This document shows, in pieces, positions 35,856 to 46,045 of a stretch of 64,000 bases of DNA. Each line of letters starts with the position of its first letter. Within the stretch, counting starts at the first letter, position 1. The DNA lies in NCBI GenBank assembly GCA_963653505.1, contig CAVJWL010000002.1:2638-66637 (forward strand). The letters are read 5' to 3'. This DNA is from an uncultured Prevotellaceae bacterium. GTDB lineage: Bacteria > Bacillota_I > Bacilli_A > RFN20 > CAG-288. The notes beneath the pieces were generated by a model. It was not told the DNA's origin and ran no database searches. It worked only from the letters and a program-made list of their open reading frames with translations. The translations under genes were made by a program, and so were the position numbers.

Positions 35856-36175
35856 AATTCTATATACCTTTGATCAGTATCAACAACATCAGTTTCAAAG
35901 TCACCTAAGAAATAATCGATGTTGCTAAACTGTTTTTCAGTGACAGTAATCATTGAAATCAATCCTTGTTTTGGAAGATGTGTTTTGATTGAATTAGACA
36001 AATTTTTAACAGCCGATTCATTAATCGATAATTTGATGTATATCGATTCTTGGAACATAATAAATCCTTGTTTCTTTAAGAATTTTACAAACTGTCGATA
36101 TTCTCTTCTTTGTGCAGCAGTTTCCACTGGCAAATCAAACATTAATAATGATCTCATATATCTATAATTGCTCAT
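35852..36175 (-). CDS. cas2: CRISPR-associated endoribonuclease Cas2
   Basis: 107 aa with a type II Cas2-like sequence (LLMFDLPVETAAQRREYRQFVKFLKKQGFIMFQESIYIK). Confidence 0.9.
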   Translation of the reverse strand: MSNYRYMRSLLMFDLPVETAAQRREYRQFVKFLKKQGFIMFQESIYIKLSINESAVKNLSNSIKTHLPKQGLISMITVTEKQFSNIDYFLGDFETDVVDTDQRYIEL

Positions 36176-37043
36176 TTAAAAATTCCACTATATTTATTTT
36201 TGAAACATCCAAATTATTCAAAGCATTGAACACACTATTAACAAAATTATAAATTGCATTGATTAGAATTGTTGTCTTACCATTGCAAGATATTTCCATA
36301 TTCAATACATTAGCCAATTGTTTTTTATATTCGAATTTTGTAATCATATTCTTAACAATCATATAATCAACAAATGGTCTAAATGGTTCCATCAAATCAC
36401 AACCAAAATTAAACGGATTTTCACTCCCAATATGATGAATTCCTAATGAAGGAAGATACCCAGCACATGACACCTCTCTATTCACAGCAGAAAGTAATAT
36501 TGAATACCCATAATCTAAATAGGTATTGATTTCTTCACTTCCTTTTCTTCTATCAAAATTAGAACCAAATATAGAAGCAAAATATGTTTTAGCAGCTAAT
36601 CCTTCTCTATTTGTAGTATCACCTAATTCAACTTCATTTTCATATTTTGCTAAAATGGCACAAGCATCTAATTCTTCTTTACAAGCTAGAACAAAATGCT
36701 GATTGTGAATTTTTTGTTTGATGATATTAGTCCATACCATATCTTTAGCTTCTTTTATCCAACTGATTTGTGTTTTAATTCTTTCATAAGTATTATAAGC
36801 ACCATGCTGAGGAACTAATTCTGAAAGAGGATTATGTTTTGCATCACAAAATATCACTCTAACTTTATGATTTATAAGCTCAGCAAGTAATGCAGAAGTA
36901 ATGCATACTTGCTGATTTTCAATAATCAAAATAGAAATATCGTCTAATAAGATTCTCGATTCTTTATCGCTTCTACATACAAGATAATTTAGTTGAGTTT
37001 CAAGTTTACATCTATTACTAATTTTAACTATTCTAAATCCCAT
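36162..37043 (-). CDS. cas1: CRISPR-associated endonuclease Cas1
   Basis: 293 aa with a type II Cas1-like N-terminus (GFRIVKISNRCKLETQLNYLV...VRVIFCDAKHNP). It overlaps the cas9 stop. Confidence 0.9.
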   Translation of the reverse strand: MGFRIVKISNRCKLETQLNYLVCRSDKESRILLDDISILIIENQQVCITSALLAELINHKVRVIFCDAKHNPLSELVPQHGAYNTYERIKTQISWIKEAKDMVWTNIIKQKIHNQHFVLACKEELDACAILAKYENEVELGDTTNREGLAAKTYFASIFGSNFDRRKGSEEINTYLDYGYSILLSAVNREVSCAGYLPSLGIHHIGSENPFNFGCDLMEPFRPFVDYMIVKNMITKFEYKKQLANVLNMEISCNGKTTILINAIYNFVNSVFNALNNLDVSKINIVEFLNEQL

Positions 37044-37046
37044 AAA

Positions 37047-40000
37047 TTAATCCTCTGGGACAGTGAATAAAACAAATTCTTTAAAACCAGTAGTTGATGT
37101 CTGAACAATACGAGTTCCTAAAGTCAACTTTTGATTAGTTCTTATACAACCACATTTTGCAGGCAGACCCAACAATGAAAGATTTCGTCCTTGAACACTC
37201 TTACATGATAACAAATCAATCATGGTGGAAAGAATAATCAAACAATCTTTAGTTGAAAGATTATAGAACTTTTCTTTTGCATCTTTAACCTTTATAAACA
37301 AATTCCCTAAAGCAGGTAAACAATTATAATCTGGCTTGGAATAAACCACATTTGTAATATAATCAAACAATTTAATCAATTCTTCTCTTGTAATCTTTCC
37401 TCTAGTACAATCAATATCATCTTTGCCGAATTTATCTAAAACTGATAAATCAATTTTCTCTTTTCCTGCTTGATTATTTTTTCCTAATAATTTGCTTATT
37501 TTCTTAATAATCTTTACATATTCTATAGGCATAAATAATTCGGAGTTATTGACGCAAATAATGCTACCATCAGATTTACCTCTGATTCTTAATTTTGTAA
37601 ATTTAATGCAATCACCTTTTTTATTTGGCATTTCAAGAATTGTTTCCATTAACAATTTTTCAATTAAAATTTCAGGATTTTTCAGTTTTCTAGTTTCAAC
37701 AAGATAATTTTCTAATTTCTTTTTATCATTTCCTAATCCAATTCTTATAACTTTTGGAATGAATTCAATTGAGTAATTGTGTTTGCCTTTTTTTCCATCA
37801 GATTTAACCAAAGAAACATATGGATTACTTAAATCGGAGTAACCACCATATTTGGATTCAAATCCTGGATTATTAAATGGTGCTTCCATTTTTAGTGGGA
37901 AAGAGGCGCCGCCTTCATTTGCAGAATGAATTGTCGCTTTAAAGAATCCACCATCGCCCACTTGTTCGTATAGCATATGTGTAACTAATGGATCGTTATA
38001 AGATAAATACTTTCTTACTAAATCAATAGTTCCTGTTGAATTTTCATCTTCAACATCACCTTTATATGTCATAACACCAGTTTTTGAATCTATGTATTTT
38101 TTAGCTTTCCAAATTTGAGTGTCACTCATCAATATGTACTGATCGTGTTTAAATACATGTTCAACACTGACATTTGTTTGTTCTAAGTGTTCCATCATAT
38201 ATTTAATAGCATTTGGATTACCATTGCTAAATCTCTTATAAAATACATTACCGACTACAACATTTAAATACGCATCATGAGCGTGATGGAAATTATTAAC
38301 ATCTCTTGATTTTGGAATATTAAATACTCTTCTAAATTCTGAAACTAAACCAGCTTTAGAATATATAATCTTGGATTTTTCTCCATCTACTTTCTTTAAA
38401 ACATCACATACAGCTTTGACTGATTGATTAGTAGTGACAAGTTGTCGATTGATGAAACCAGAGATTTCATCAGCACTGAGAGGTTTATTTTCTGATCTTA
38501 GAATTCTATTTATCTTCTCTTTAGGCATAAATTCCGGGAATTTAGAGGCTAAAGCTTTGATAAAATTAACAGCTTTTTTCGTAATAATTTCTCTCTTGAT
38601 TGGATAATTATCACTCTTCTTATTATTTATACTTCTTTCAACTAAGACAGTATTTATAAAACTATCATCTTTAACTTTTGCTTGTGGAATAATATGGTCG
38701 ATATCATAATCTTGTAAATTATTCAAATCTATATTTTCACCTGAATATACAGACTTTCCAAGTTGCATAAAATAAAGATACATTTTTTTACCTTTATTTT
38801 TATCTCTAAAATCATTTTCTTGTTTCAAACTAGCTTCATTTTTCAGATGTTCTAAATCGATATCTTCAAAAAGACCATTCTTAGCTGTTTTTAAGGTTTT
38901 TACAATCAAATCTTTTCTTGATACACTGCGTTTCTTTTCACGTTCTTCTCTTGTTGATTCAATAAAATAAGAATCGAAATGATCAATTTTTAAAATCTCT
39001 TTTAATTCATTTACAATCTTAACCGTTTGATAAAGAGCTCTTTTCATAACAGGAGATGTATATGTTGAAGCAATGACATCATCCATATTGGTATTTAAAT
39101 CGCCGATTTCTTCTTCAATTTGATCCATAAATGAATATTTATAAGAACCATCACTATTTTTAGTTGTGAGAATTTGCATGAAATTATCATTGGTTTGCAA
39201 CATCAAATCCATAATAGATAACTGAATAACTTCACCAGTATTAATATTTGTTTTATCGACGTATAGACCATTTAATAATTTTCTAGATAATCGAGCCCAA
39301 CCTTCAAATTTAATATTTGACAAATACTTGATTTGTGCAGGAGTTAATTTATGCTTTTTCAATCTCTTTTGAACTAATTCTTTATTTTCAAATGTTGTGA
39401 TTTCGTTGATAATCTCATCAGCTAATTCTTGCTTAGATTTATCAGTTAACAATGATTCGCCAAATGCTGCATCATTCATCATAATAATCCAAGATGATAG
39501 AGAAGCATGCATGTCAGCAGCGCTCAATTCTTTTAAATCATTCGAATCACCTGTAAAGATATCAATTTTGACCCCATATTTTCTCTTAAATGCCTCTTTG
39601 ACAGTTTTTAATGTTGGTTTATTCTTTAAATAAACTTCTCTAATGATATATTCTTTATCTTCCACTGATATAAATTGAGCATCTGATGCTCCATTTACAC
39701 ATAATCTCCATTTATTTATTTCATTAAGAAGAACGAACATTTGATTCAATAATGAACATTTAGGTAATGTAGGTTCATCAATCAAATATGTACAGCAATT
39801 TTTCAAGTTCTCCATAAATTTTTCAGCTGTCTTATCTTCGTTGATAACATCATGGAAATTCCACGGAGTTATTTTTTCATCATGTCCATCATTTCTAACA
39901 ATCCAACTATGTTTTGCCTTATCAGTTAAAGGACCAACAAAATAAGGTATTTTAAATTTTAAAATTGATTCAATTTTATATGTGTATTCATCAAGATTAT

Positions 40001-41480
40001 TAAAATCTTTATCCTTATCAGCTAAGAAAGAATAATATTTTGATTGATTTTGTAAAATTTGATGCATTTCAATCAAATTCAATTGATATGGCAAAACACC
40101 ATTTTCCTTTGAATTCTGCTTGAGTAAATATTTATTTGAGTCTATAGCATTTTTAATATCAATAAGCTTCTTTTTATCACCTTCAGCAAGAGGTACAAAA
40201 TCATCTTTCAAGCTTTGTTCTATTGGTAATATCTTTTTAATTTCTTTGTATAAAACTTCCTGATTAGTTGATTTTTCAACTCTTTCTACTCTCTTTCCAA
40301 CTTTGTTATAGCCTACATAATTTGCATAATTATTAAGTGTATTTTTACCATCAGTTAAGCATTTAAAGAACCTATTGTATTCATCTGGATTATATTTTTT
40401 AACTAATTCTTTTAATATTCTAAGTTGTTCTTTATGAGTATCATAAATTTCAACCATTGATTCTGAGATATATTTATTACCTTTTAAGAGATTTGCTAAA
40501 ATTCTCAAATCATTCAACTGTTTTAAAGATAAAATTATTTGCGTTCTAGCTTCACCAATAAGTGAAGAAACACTTGGTAAAACTTTAGTTTCAAATTCCT
40601 CAGAGGAAAAATCAATATCAATTTTTAACTCATCAGATTCTTCTAAATCAGAAAAGAGACTTGATACTTTAACTTTTTTTCCTAACATCAAATCGAAAGC
40701 TAGTTTCTTAAAGCTAGTTTTTTTGATACCATTAGCTTTGAAAATTTCAATTGTTTTGTCAAATAATTCACCAGATTTGTTTTCCTTTTTAAACAAATCA
40801 ATAAGTTGTTGTGCTTTTTCATTATCACAATTAAATGTTTCATATTTGACATTATCATCTTCTTGTTGCAAATCCTTAATAGAACCATTAATTGAATCAA
40901 AAATTCCAACTATAGTATCAGGATCATTACCAATTTTATCAATCTTACCTTCTTGAAGAAAATTACCTCTATATTTAATCATATGAGCTAACGCTAAATA
41001 TATTTCTCTAATGTCAAATTTATGTTCAGGATGTTCGAGCATTTCTTTTCTAAGATGATAAATAGTAGGATAATTTTTATAAAAATCACCATCCTTATAA
41101 TTATCATCATTAAATAATAGATTATCTTTTCTTAAAACCTCATCTCTATCTTCAAGATGAATCGCTGAATTATTAAGTCTATCAAAGAAATATGGATCAA
41201 CTTTATTCATTTCTTCTTTGAATAAATCTTGCAAAAGAACAATTCTCCATTTTCTTCTTTGAAGTCTTCTTCTATTTTCTCTAGCTGCTCTTCTTTCTGA
41301 AGCATCATTAGCACTATCAAAAAGTCTAGAACCCCAAAGATGGTTACCATAATATTTAACATTTGAACCATCATGTACTTCTCTATGTTTTTTTATGATG
41401 TTGTAATTTTGATCAGTCACACAAAAACCAACAGAATCAGTTCCGATATCTAATCCTAAATAATATTTTTTGTTTTCCAT
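37047..41480 (-). CDS. cas9: CRISPR-associated endonuclease Cas9 (type II-A), 1477 aa
   Basis: RuvC-I MENKKYYLGLDIGTDSVGF, arginine-rich bridge helix RRAARENRRRLQRRKWR, HNH DIDHIIPQAKVKDDSFINTVLVERSINNKKSD, RuvC-III HHAHDAYL. I place the start at ATG 41480, which is preceded by AAGGAG. The ORF-track start (41606) adds 42 spurious residues that overlap the tracrRNA candidate. Confidence 0.95.
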   Translation of the reverse strand: MENKKYYLGLDIGTDSVGFCVTDQNYNIIKKHREVHDGSNVKYYGNHLWGSRLFDSANDASERRAARENRRRLQRRKWRIVLLQDLFKEEMNKVDPYFFDRLNNSAIHLEDRDEVLRKDNLLFNDDNYKDGDFYKNYPTIYHLRKEMLEHPEHKFDIREIYLALAHMIKYRGNFLQEGKIDKIGNDPDTIVGIFDSINGSIKDLQQEDDNVKYETFNCDNEKAQQLIDLFKKENKSGELFDKTIEIFKANGIKKTSFKKLAFDLMLGKKVKVSSLFSDLEESDELKIDIDFSSEEFETKVLPSVSSLIGEARTQIILSLKQLNDLRILANLLKGNKYISESMVEIYDTHKEQLRILKELVKKYNPDEYNRFFKCLTDGKNTLNNYANYVGYNKVGKRVERVEKSTNQEVLYKEIKKILPIEQSLKDDFVPLAEGDKKKLIDIKNAIDSNKYLLKQNSKENGVLPYQLNLIEMHQILQNQSKYYSFLADKDKDFNNLDEYTYKIESILKFKIPYFVGPLTDKAKHSWIVRNDGHDEKITPWNFHDVINEDKTAEKFMENLKNCCTYLIDEPTLPKCSLLNQMFVLLNEINKWRLCVNGASDAQFISVEDKEYIIREVYLKNKPTLKTVKEAFKRKYGVKIDIFTGDSNDLKELSAADMHASLSSWIIMMNDAAFGESLLTDKSKQELADEIINEITTFENKELVQKRLKKHKLTPAQIKYLSNIKFEGWARLSRKLLNGLYVDKTNINTGEVIQLSIMDLMLQTNDNFMQILTTKNSDGSYKYSFMDQIEEEIGDLNTNMDDVIASTYTSPVMKRALYQTVKIVNELKEILKIDHFDSYFIESTREEREKKRSVSRKDLIVKTLKTAKNGLFEDIDLEHLKNEASLKQENDFRDKNKGKKMYLYFMQLGKSVYSGENIDLNNLQDYDIDHIIPQAKVKDDSFINTVLVERSINNKKSDNYPIKREIITKKAVNFIKALASKFPEFMPKEKINRILRSENKPLSADEISGFINRQLVTTNQSVKAVCDVLKKVDGEKSKIIYSKAGLVSEFRRVFNIPKSRDVNNFHHAHDAYLNVVVGNVFYKRFSNGNPNAIKYMMEHLEQTNVSVEHVFKHDQYILMSDTQIWKAKKYIDSKTGVMTYKGDVEDENSTGTIDLVRKYLSYNDPLVTHMLYEQVGDGGFFKATIHSANEGGASFPLKMEAPFNNPGFESKYGGYSDLSNPYVSLVKSDGKKGKHNYSIEFIPKVIRIGLGNDKKKLENYLVETRKLKNPEILIEKLLMETILEMPNKKGDCIKFTKLRIRGKSDGSIICVNNSELFMPIEYVKIIKKISKLLGKNNQAGKEKIDLSVLDKFGKDDIDCTRGKITREELIKLFDYITNVVYSKPDYNCLPALGNLFIKVKDAKEKFYNLSTKDCLIILSTMIDLLSCKSVQGRNLSLLGLPAKCGCIRTNQKLTLGTRIVQTSTTGFKEFVLFTVPED

Positions 41481-41507
41481 CTTGAAATATGCTCCTTTTG
41501 ATTGTAG

Positions 41508-41583
41508 AATAGACTTGTAAATCAACAATACAAGTTCAAGTAAACAATTGTCTAAATCCACACCTGCGTTGGCAGGTTTTTTT
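41508..41583 (+). ncRNA. candidate tracrRNA (anti-repeat + intrinsic terminator), divergent from cas9
   Basis: Plus-strand GACTTGTAAATCAACAATACAAGTTCAAGTAAACAATTGTCTAAATCCACACCTGCGTTGGCAGGTTTTTTT. AAATCAACAATAC is a perfect 13-nt complement to crRNA-repeat positions 9-21, and UCAAG pairs with repeat positions 2-6 with an SpCas9-like bulge. It ends in hairpin CCTGCgttgGCAGG plus T7. Confidence 0.55.
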
Positions 41584-41730
41584 ATTACACTATTATTATA
41601 AATCAAATTTATGCAATTTCTCCAAACTTTTATAGTTTAGTTCAAACTAGGCTAATAATTTTTTTCTAAAAAGTAACTTAAAATATTTTAAAAAAACATT
41701 TATAATTCAAAAACATTACGAGGTCATTTT

Positions 41731-42222
41731 ATGAAAATAGAAAATATCAACGATGAAGACATCAAAGAATGTTTAGACATATACAACTATTACATATTAA
41801 ATACTGCTTATACATTAGAAGTGGATGAGCTGGATTTAAAAACATTTACGGAAAGAGTTCATTCTATCAAGAAAGAATACCCCTATATTGTCATCAAAGA
41901 TGATGATAATCATGTATTAGGATATGCATATCTTCACAAATTCAATGAAAGAGTAGCCTATAAAATCACAAGCGAGTTATCTATTTACATTTCTAAAGAT
42001 CATTTGAATGAACATTTAGGTTCTTTACTTTTGAATAAAATTGAAGAATTAGCAAAAGAAAGAGGAATTCAAAATATAATTTCTTCTATCACAAGTGAAA
42101 ACAAGAATTCATTGAAATTCCATGAGAATCACGGATATATCCTAGAAGGAAAGCTCAATAATATCGCATATAAATTCAATACCTATATTTCACTTTATTA
42201 CTTTAGAAAATCGATTGTTTGA
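41731..42222 (+). CDS. GNAT-family N-acetyltransferase
   Basis: 163 aa with a GNAT acetyl-CoA-binding region (LGSLLLNKIEELAKERGIQNI). Confidence 0.7.
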   Translation: MKIENINDEDIKECLDIYNYYILNTAYTLEVDELDLKTFTERVHSIKKEYPYIVIKDDDNHVLGYAYLHKFNERVAYKITSELSIYISKDHLNEHLGSLLLNKIEELAKERGIQNIISSITSENKNSLKFHENHGYILEGKLNNIAYKFNTYISLYYFRKSIV

Positions 42223-42301
42223 ATACAAAAGACATTTTTAAAATGTTGTTATCATTTTACAACACTTTTAATTTTAACTTTCTATAATATGTATTTATAT
42301 T

Positions 42302-43234
42302 TTGGAGGTCAAAAAAATGAAAGACTATACAATGTTAGATTTGATTGGTAACACCCCAATTATAAGACTTAAAAATATCGAGAAAGAATTTTCTTTAAAT
42401 TCAAAGATATATGCCAAATTAGAAAGATGTAATCCAACAGGTTCTATAAAAGATAGAATCGCTAAAGAGATGATATTACAAGCCTTAGAAGAAAAGATAA
42501 TCGATAAAGATACTGTGATAATTGAACCAACAAGCGGTAATACTGGAATTGGTTTAAGTGCAATCTGCGCCACTTTAAACATGAAAGTAGTTATCTTTAT
42601 GCCATCAAATTGTTCAAAAGAAAGAGTCAATATGATGAAAGCCTTTGGAGCAGATATAAGACTTGTAAGTGAAGGTGGTATGCAAGGATGTATCAATGAA
42701 GCTTTAAAACTTCATAGTGAAATAAAGAATTCATATATACCATTCCAATTTGAAAATAAGAATAATTGGATTGCTCATTATAAAACAACAGGACCAGAAA
42801 TATATTCTCAATTAGATGGTGATATCGATTATTTCATCTCTGCTTTTGGAACAGGTGGAACACTGACAGGAACAACTAAATATTTAAAAGAGAAGAAAAA
42901 AGATGTTATCTCAATAGGTGTCGAACCGCAAGGGAGCGCAGTCATTACAACTGGTAAAAAAGGCCCACATAAAATTCAAGGAATTGGCGCTGGATTTAAA
43001 CCAGAAGTCTTAGATTTAAATATCGTTGATAAAGTGCTGACTTGTTCTGATGAAGATGCTTATTCATTCACTAGATTATTAGCTAAAAAAGAAGGACTAT
43101 TTGTCGGAATATCATCAGGAGCTAATGTCTATACCTGTGTTAAATTAGCTAAAGAAAATCCAAACAAAACTTTTGTCACAGTCTTACCTGATAATGGTGA
43201 AAAATATCTATCAGTCGAAGGATTATTTGAATGA
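42302..43234 (+). CDS. cysK: cysteine synthase A (O-acetylserine sulfhydrylase)
   Basis: 310 aa with PLP-lysine motif GSIKDRIAKEM and glycine-rich loop GTGGT. It is followed by cysE. Confidence 0.85.
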   Translation: MEVKKMKDYTMLDLIGNTPIIRLKNIEKEFSLNSKIYAKLERCNPTGSIKDRIAKEMILQALEEKIIDKDTVIIEPTSGNTGIGLSAICATLNMKVVIFMPSNCSKERVNMMKAFGADIRLVSEGGMQGCINEALKLHSEIKNSYIPFQFENKNNWIAHYKTTGPEIYSQLDGDIDYFISAFGTGGTLTGTTKYLKEKKKDVISIGVEPQGSAVITTGKKGPHKIQGIGAGFKPEVLDLNIVDKVLTCSDEDAYSFTRLLAKKEGLFVGISSGANVYTCVKLAKENPNKTFVTVLPDNGEKYLSVEGLFE

Positions 43235-44013
43235 TGTTAAAAGAATTAGTAAAGCTCTTCGATTTCAATGAGAAAAAAGAAAAATTTGATTTCGAAGTTC
43301 TAGATACATTTTTAAAAGATCTAACTTCATTATTATTGTTTGATTATTATCATCAATCATATGATGAGAAAAAAATCGAAAAATTATATTCTAATATTGA
43401 AGAACAAGCATCAAATATATTTGATGATAATGATGAAAAGAAAAATGTATTTTTATCAAAGCTTCCTGAAATCAGAAAAACTTTGGATACCTCTATAATT
43501 GCAATCCTTGATGGAGATCCTGCTAGTGAATCAAAACAACAGATAGTATTAGAATATCCAGGATTCAAAGCTATCATAAATTATAGAATCGCTCATGAAT
43601 TCTATTTGTTAAACAAAAAATTGATTGCAAGATATATCTCTGAAATCGCTCATCAACAAACGGGAATCGATATAAATCCAGGTGCTACCATCGGAGATTA
43701 TTTTTTCATCGACCACGGAACAGGTATTGTCATTGGAGAAACTTGTATCATCGGAAATCATGTGAAGATATATCAAGGTGTAACTCTTGGAGCTCTATCT
43801 TTGAGTAAAGGCAGAGACTTGATAGGTAAGAAAAGACATCCAACAGTTGAAGATAATGTAACTATCTATTCCAATGCTGCAATATTCGGTGGCGAGACAA
43901 TCATCCATAAAGGTTCTATCATCGGAGGTGATGTCTATCTCACTCATTCAGTCGAAGAAAACAGTGTCGTATTACAAACTGATGATAATCTTACCATCGT
44001 TAAAAAGAATTAA
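43231..44013 (+). CDS. cysE: serine O-acetyltransferase
   Basis: 260 aa with left-handed beta-helix hexapeptide repeats (IDINPGATIGDYFFIDHGTGIVIGETCIIGNHVKIYQGVTLG). 4-nt overlap with cysK. Confidence 0.8.
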   Translation: MMLKELVKLFDFNEKKEKFDFEVLDTFLKDLTSLLLFDYYHQSYDEKKIEKLYSNIEEQASNIFDDNDEKKNVFLSKLPEIRKTLDTSIIAILDGDPASESKQQIVLEYPGFKAIINYRIAHEFYLLNKKLIARYISEIAHQQTGIDINPGATIGDYFFIDHGTGIVIGETCIIGNHVKIYQGVTLGALSLSKGRDLIGKKRHPTVEDNVTIYSNAAIFGGETIIHKGSIIGGDVYLTHSVEENSVVLQTDDNLTIVKKN

Positions 44014-44188
44014 AAATATGCAAAACAAATCAACTTCATTTAATTGATATTGATTTGTTTTTTATTTATGTCATCAAATCAATCAATATTTTTAAAAAAT
44101 ATCGAACTTTCTATACATTTTCCAATTATTGTTATTGTTTAATCTTTTTTAATTTAATAAAATATTAACTAGAGGAGCTTTAGCTATT

Positions 44189-46045
44189 ATGTTCACCAAA
44201 AAAATCGGACTTTATTTATTGAGTTTTACATTACCATTTATGATTGGTAGTTGTAATAGAAATAATGATACCAACGTAAATAAAAAATATGTAATAACCA
44301 TCGCCACCGATGAAGACATTCTAAGAAGCTCATCAACTTTTTTAAAGCAGTTTTCAACCAATCATCCAAACTACTCTCTCAATGTAAAAATCTACAATGA
44401 AGACTATCTTAAAAATTTGATCAAACATAATTCCGTTACAGAAGACATCTATTTAGTTGATGATTTATTGACCATCAATTTATCAAAAAATAATTTCGTA
44501 GATTACACCCTTAGTGAATCTTTTGGAAATTATTCTGGATATATCAAAAATTACATCAAAGCTGAAGATGAAAATATCTATTGCTTACCTGGAATTGGAT
44601 CAACATATTCTTACTGTTTAAATGTTGATTTATTTGAAACATGCAATCTTACAATTCCTTCAACAATCACCGAACTTAAAGACTTTGCTTCAAATAGTAA
44701 AAATTATGCAATTCCCTTTGGAACTTCTTTTTCAGATGAGAATTATTATTTAGATGCATTTTTCCAAATGACAATTCCGGGATTTTTCTCCAGTGTCAAA
44801 GGATCTAATCTCTTCAATGAATTTGTTAGCGGTAAAACTCAATTATCAACTTCATCATTAGCAACAACATTTGAAAATTATTTGAATAATATTTACCTTC
44901 TCACTTCAAATGAATTCTATGATGATTCAATAACATCAGAACAAAGCATTGAAAATTTCATCAATGGAAAACAATTCATACTTTCAATCAGTCCTAAATT
45001 CGATTTTGAAGAATATTATAAGAATAATAACTGTACCTTCAATTATGTCTATTATCCATTTTTAGGTTCAAAGAAAAACAATGGATGGATTTGTGCAAAG
45101 TCAAGTTTTTATTTAGCGACAAATAAAAACACCTATAAAAATAAAACTGAAGAAATCAATGAATTTGTAAAATATTATTCAAGCTTAGACGGACAACAAA
45201 AATTATTGATCGATGAATACGGAAATAAAAAGAATAATTATTTTTCATACCTATCAATGTTTGAAGCAAATGATGAGGAAAAAGATAAATACATAAAAGA
45301 GACTATTAAACAATCACATGTATATTTAGTCGACAAAATAGGTCCAACATTCGAAGAATCAGCCGAAAATATTGCTCAATATGCTAATGATGAAATTTCA
45401 ATTTCGACATTATTAGAAGATTTCGATTACAACAATCAAATCCAAATCAACTATAAAAATAATAAATATACAATCGAAGAATTGAAAAGATATTCAACAT
45501 CCTCAGAAGATGATTTAATCAATACCTTAAAAATCATCTCCTATTCAATCAAGAACAAACTATCTTTAGATACGATAATCATCGATGAAAGTTTTTTAAG
45601 ATATCCAATCCTAGATGGAACTATCTATGAAAGTGAATTGAACAGCATTTTCGATAACAAACTAGAAATGCAATATGTCAATATCAAAGGAAGTGAATTC
45701 AAAAAAATCATCGACTATAATGCAACTGTTAATGATAGTTTTTCAAAAAATGAAAGAGAAAGTTATGATATTCAGAAACTTTTCAATTTGTATGACAAAA
45801 TTTCTGTTAGAAATGTAAATCTTTCCTTTTTATCAAATGATAAATTTTTACTTTGCGGTGCTAGTTTTACAAGTGGAACACCAAAACAATACTTACTCGG
45901 AAACAAAAAGGAAATAGAAGACGATAAAACATATTATTTAGCTCTTCCTATCGAAATAATAGAGAGTAACCAATTTGAATTAGTAAAAGGAAATACATTC
46001 AATTTACTCGATGTATTTCTTGAATATTTGAGGTCAATAAGATGA
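44189..46045 (+). CDS. lipoprotein, unknown function
   Basis: 618 aa with a signal peptide and lipobox-like FMIGSC. Asn/Tyr-rich. 4-nt overlap with the downstream LRR gene. Confidence 0.45.
   Translation: MFTKKIGLYLLSFTLPFMIGSCNRNNDTNVNKKYVITIATDEDILRSSSTFLKQFSTNHPNYSLNVKIYNEDYLKNLIKHNSVTEDIYLVDDLLTINLSKNNFVDYTLSESFGNYSGYIKNYIKAEDENIYCLPGIGSTYSYCLNVDLFETCNLTIPSTITELKDFASNSKNYAIPFGTSFSDENYYLDAFFQMTIPGFFSSVKGSNLFNEFVSGKTQLSTSSLATTFENYLNNIYLLTSNEFYDDSITSEQSIENFINGKQFILSISPKFDFEEYYKNNNCTFNYVYYPFLGSKKNNGWICAKSSFYLATNKNTYKNKTEEINEFVKYYSSLDGQQKLLIDEYGNKKNNYFSYLSMFEANDEEKDKYIKETIKQSHVYLVDKIGPTFEESAENIAQYANDEISISTLLEDFDYNNQIQINYKNNKYTIEELKRYSTSSEDDLINTLKIISYSIKNKLSLDTIIIDESFLRYPILDGTIYESELNSIFDNKLEMQYVNIKGSEFKKIIDYNATVNDSFSKNERESYDIQKLFNLYDKISVRNVNLSFLSNDKFLLCGASFTSGTPKQYLLGNKKEIEDDKTYYLALPIEIIESNQFELVKGNTFNLLDVFLEYLRSIR

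Noticed and set aside
41481-41606. N-terminal 42 aa of the called cas9 ORF
   Set aside because: The canonical RuvC-I start MENKKYYLGLDIG with AAGGAG RBS lies at 41480. The extension is antisense to the tracrRNA candidate and terminator.
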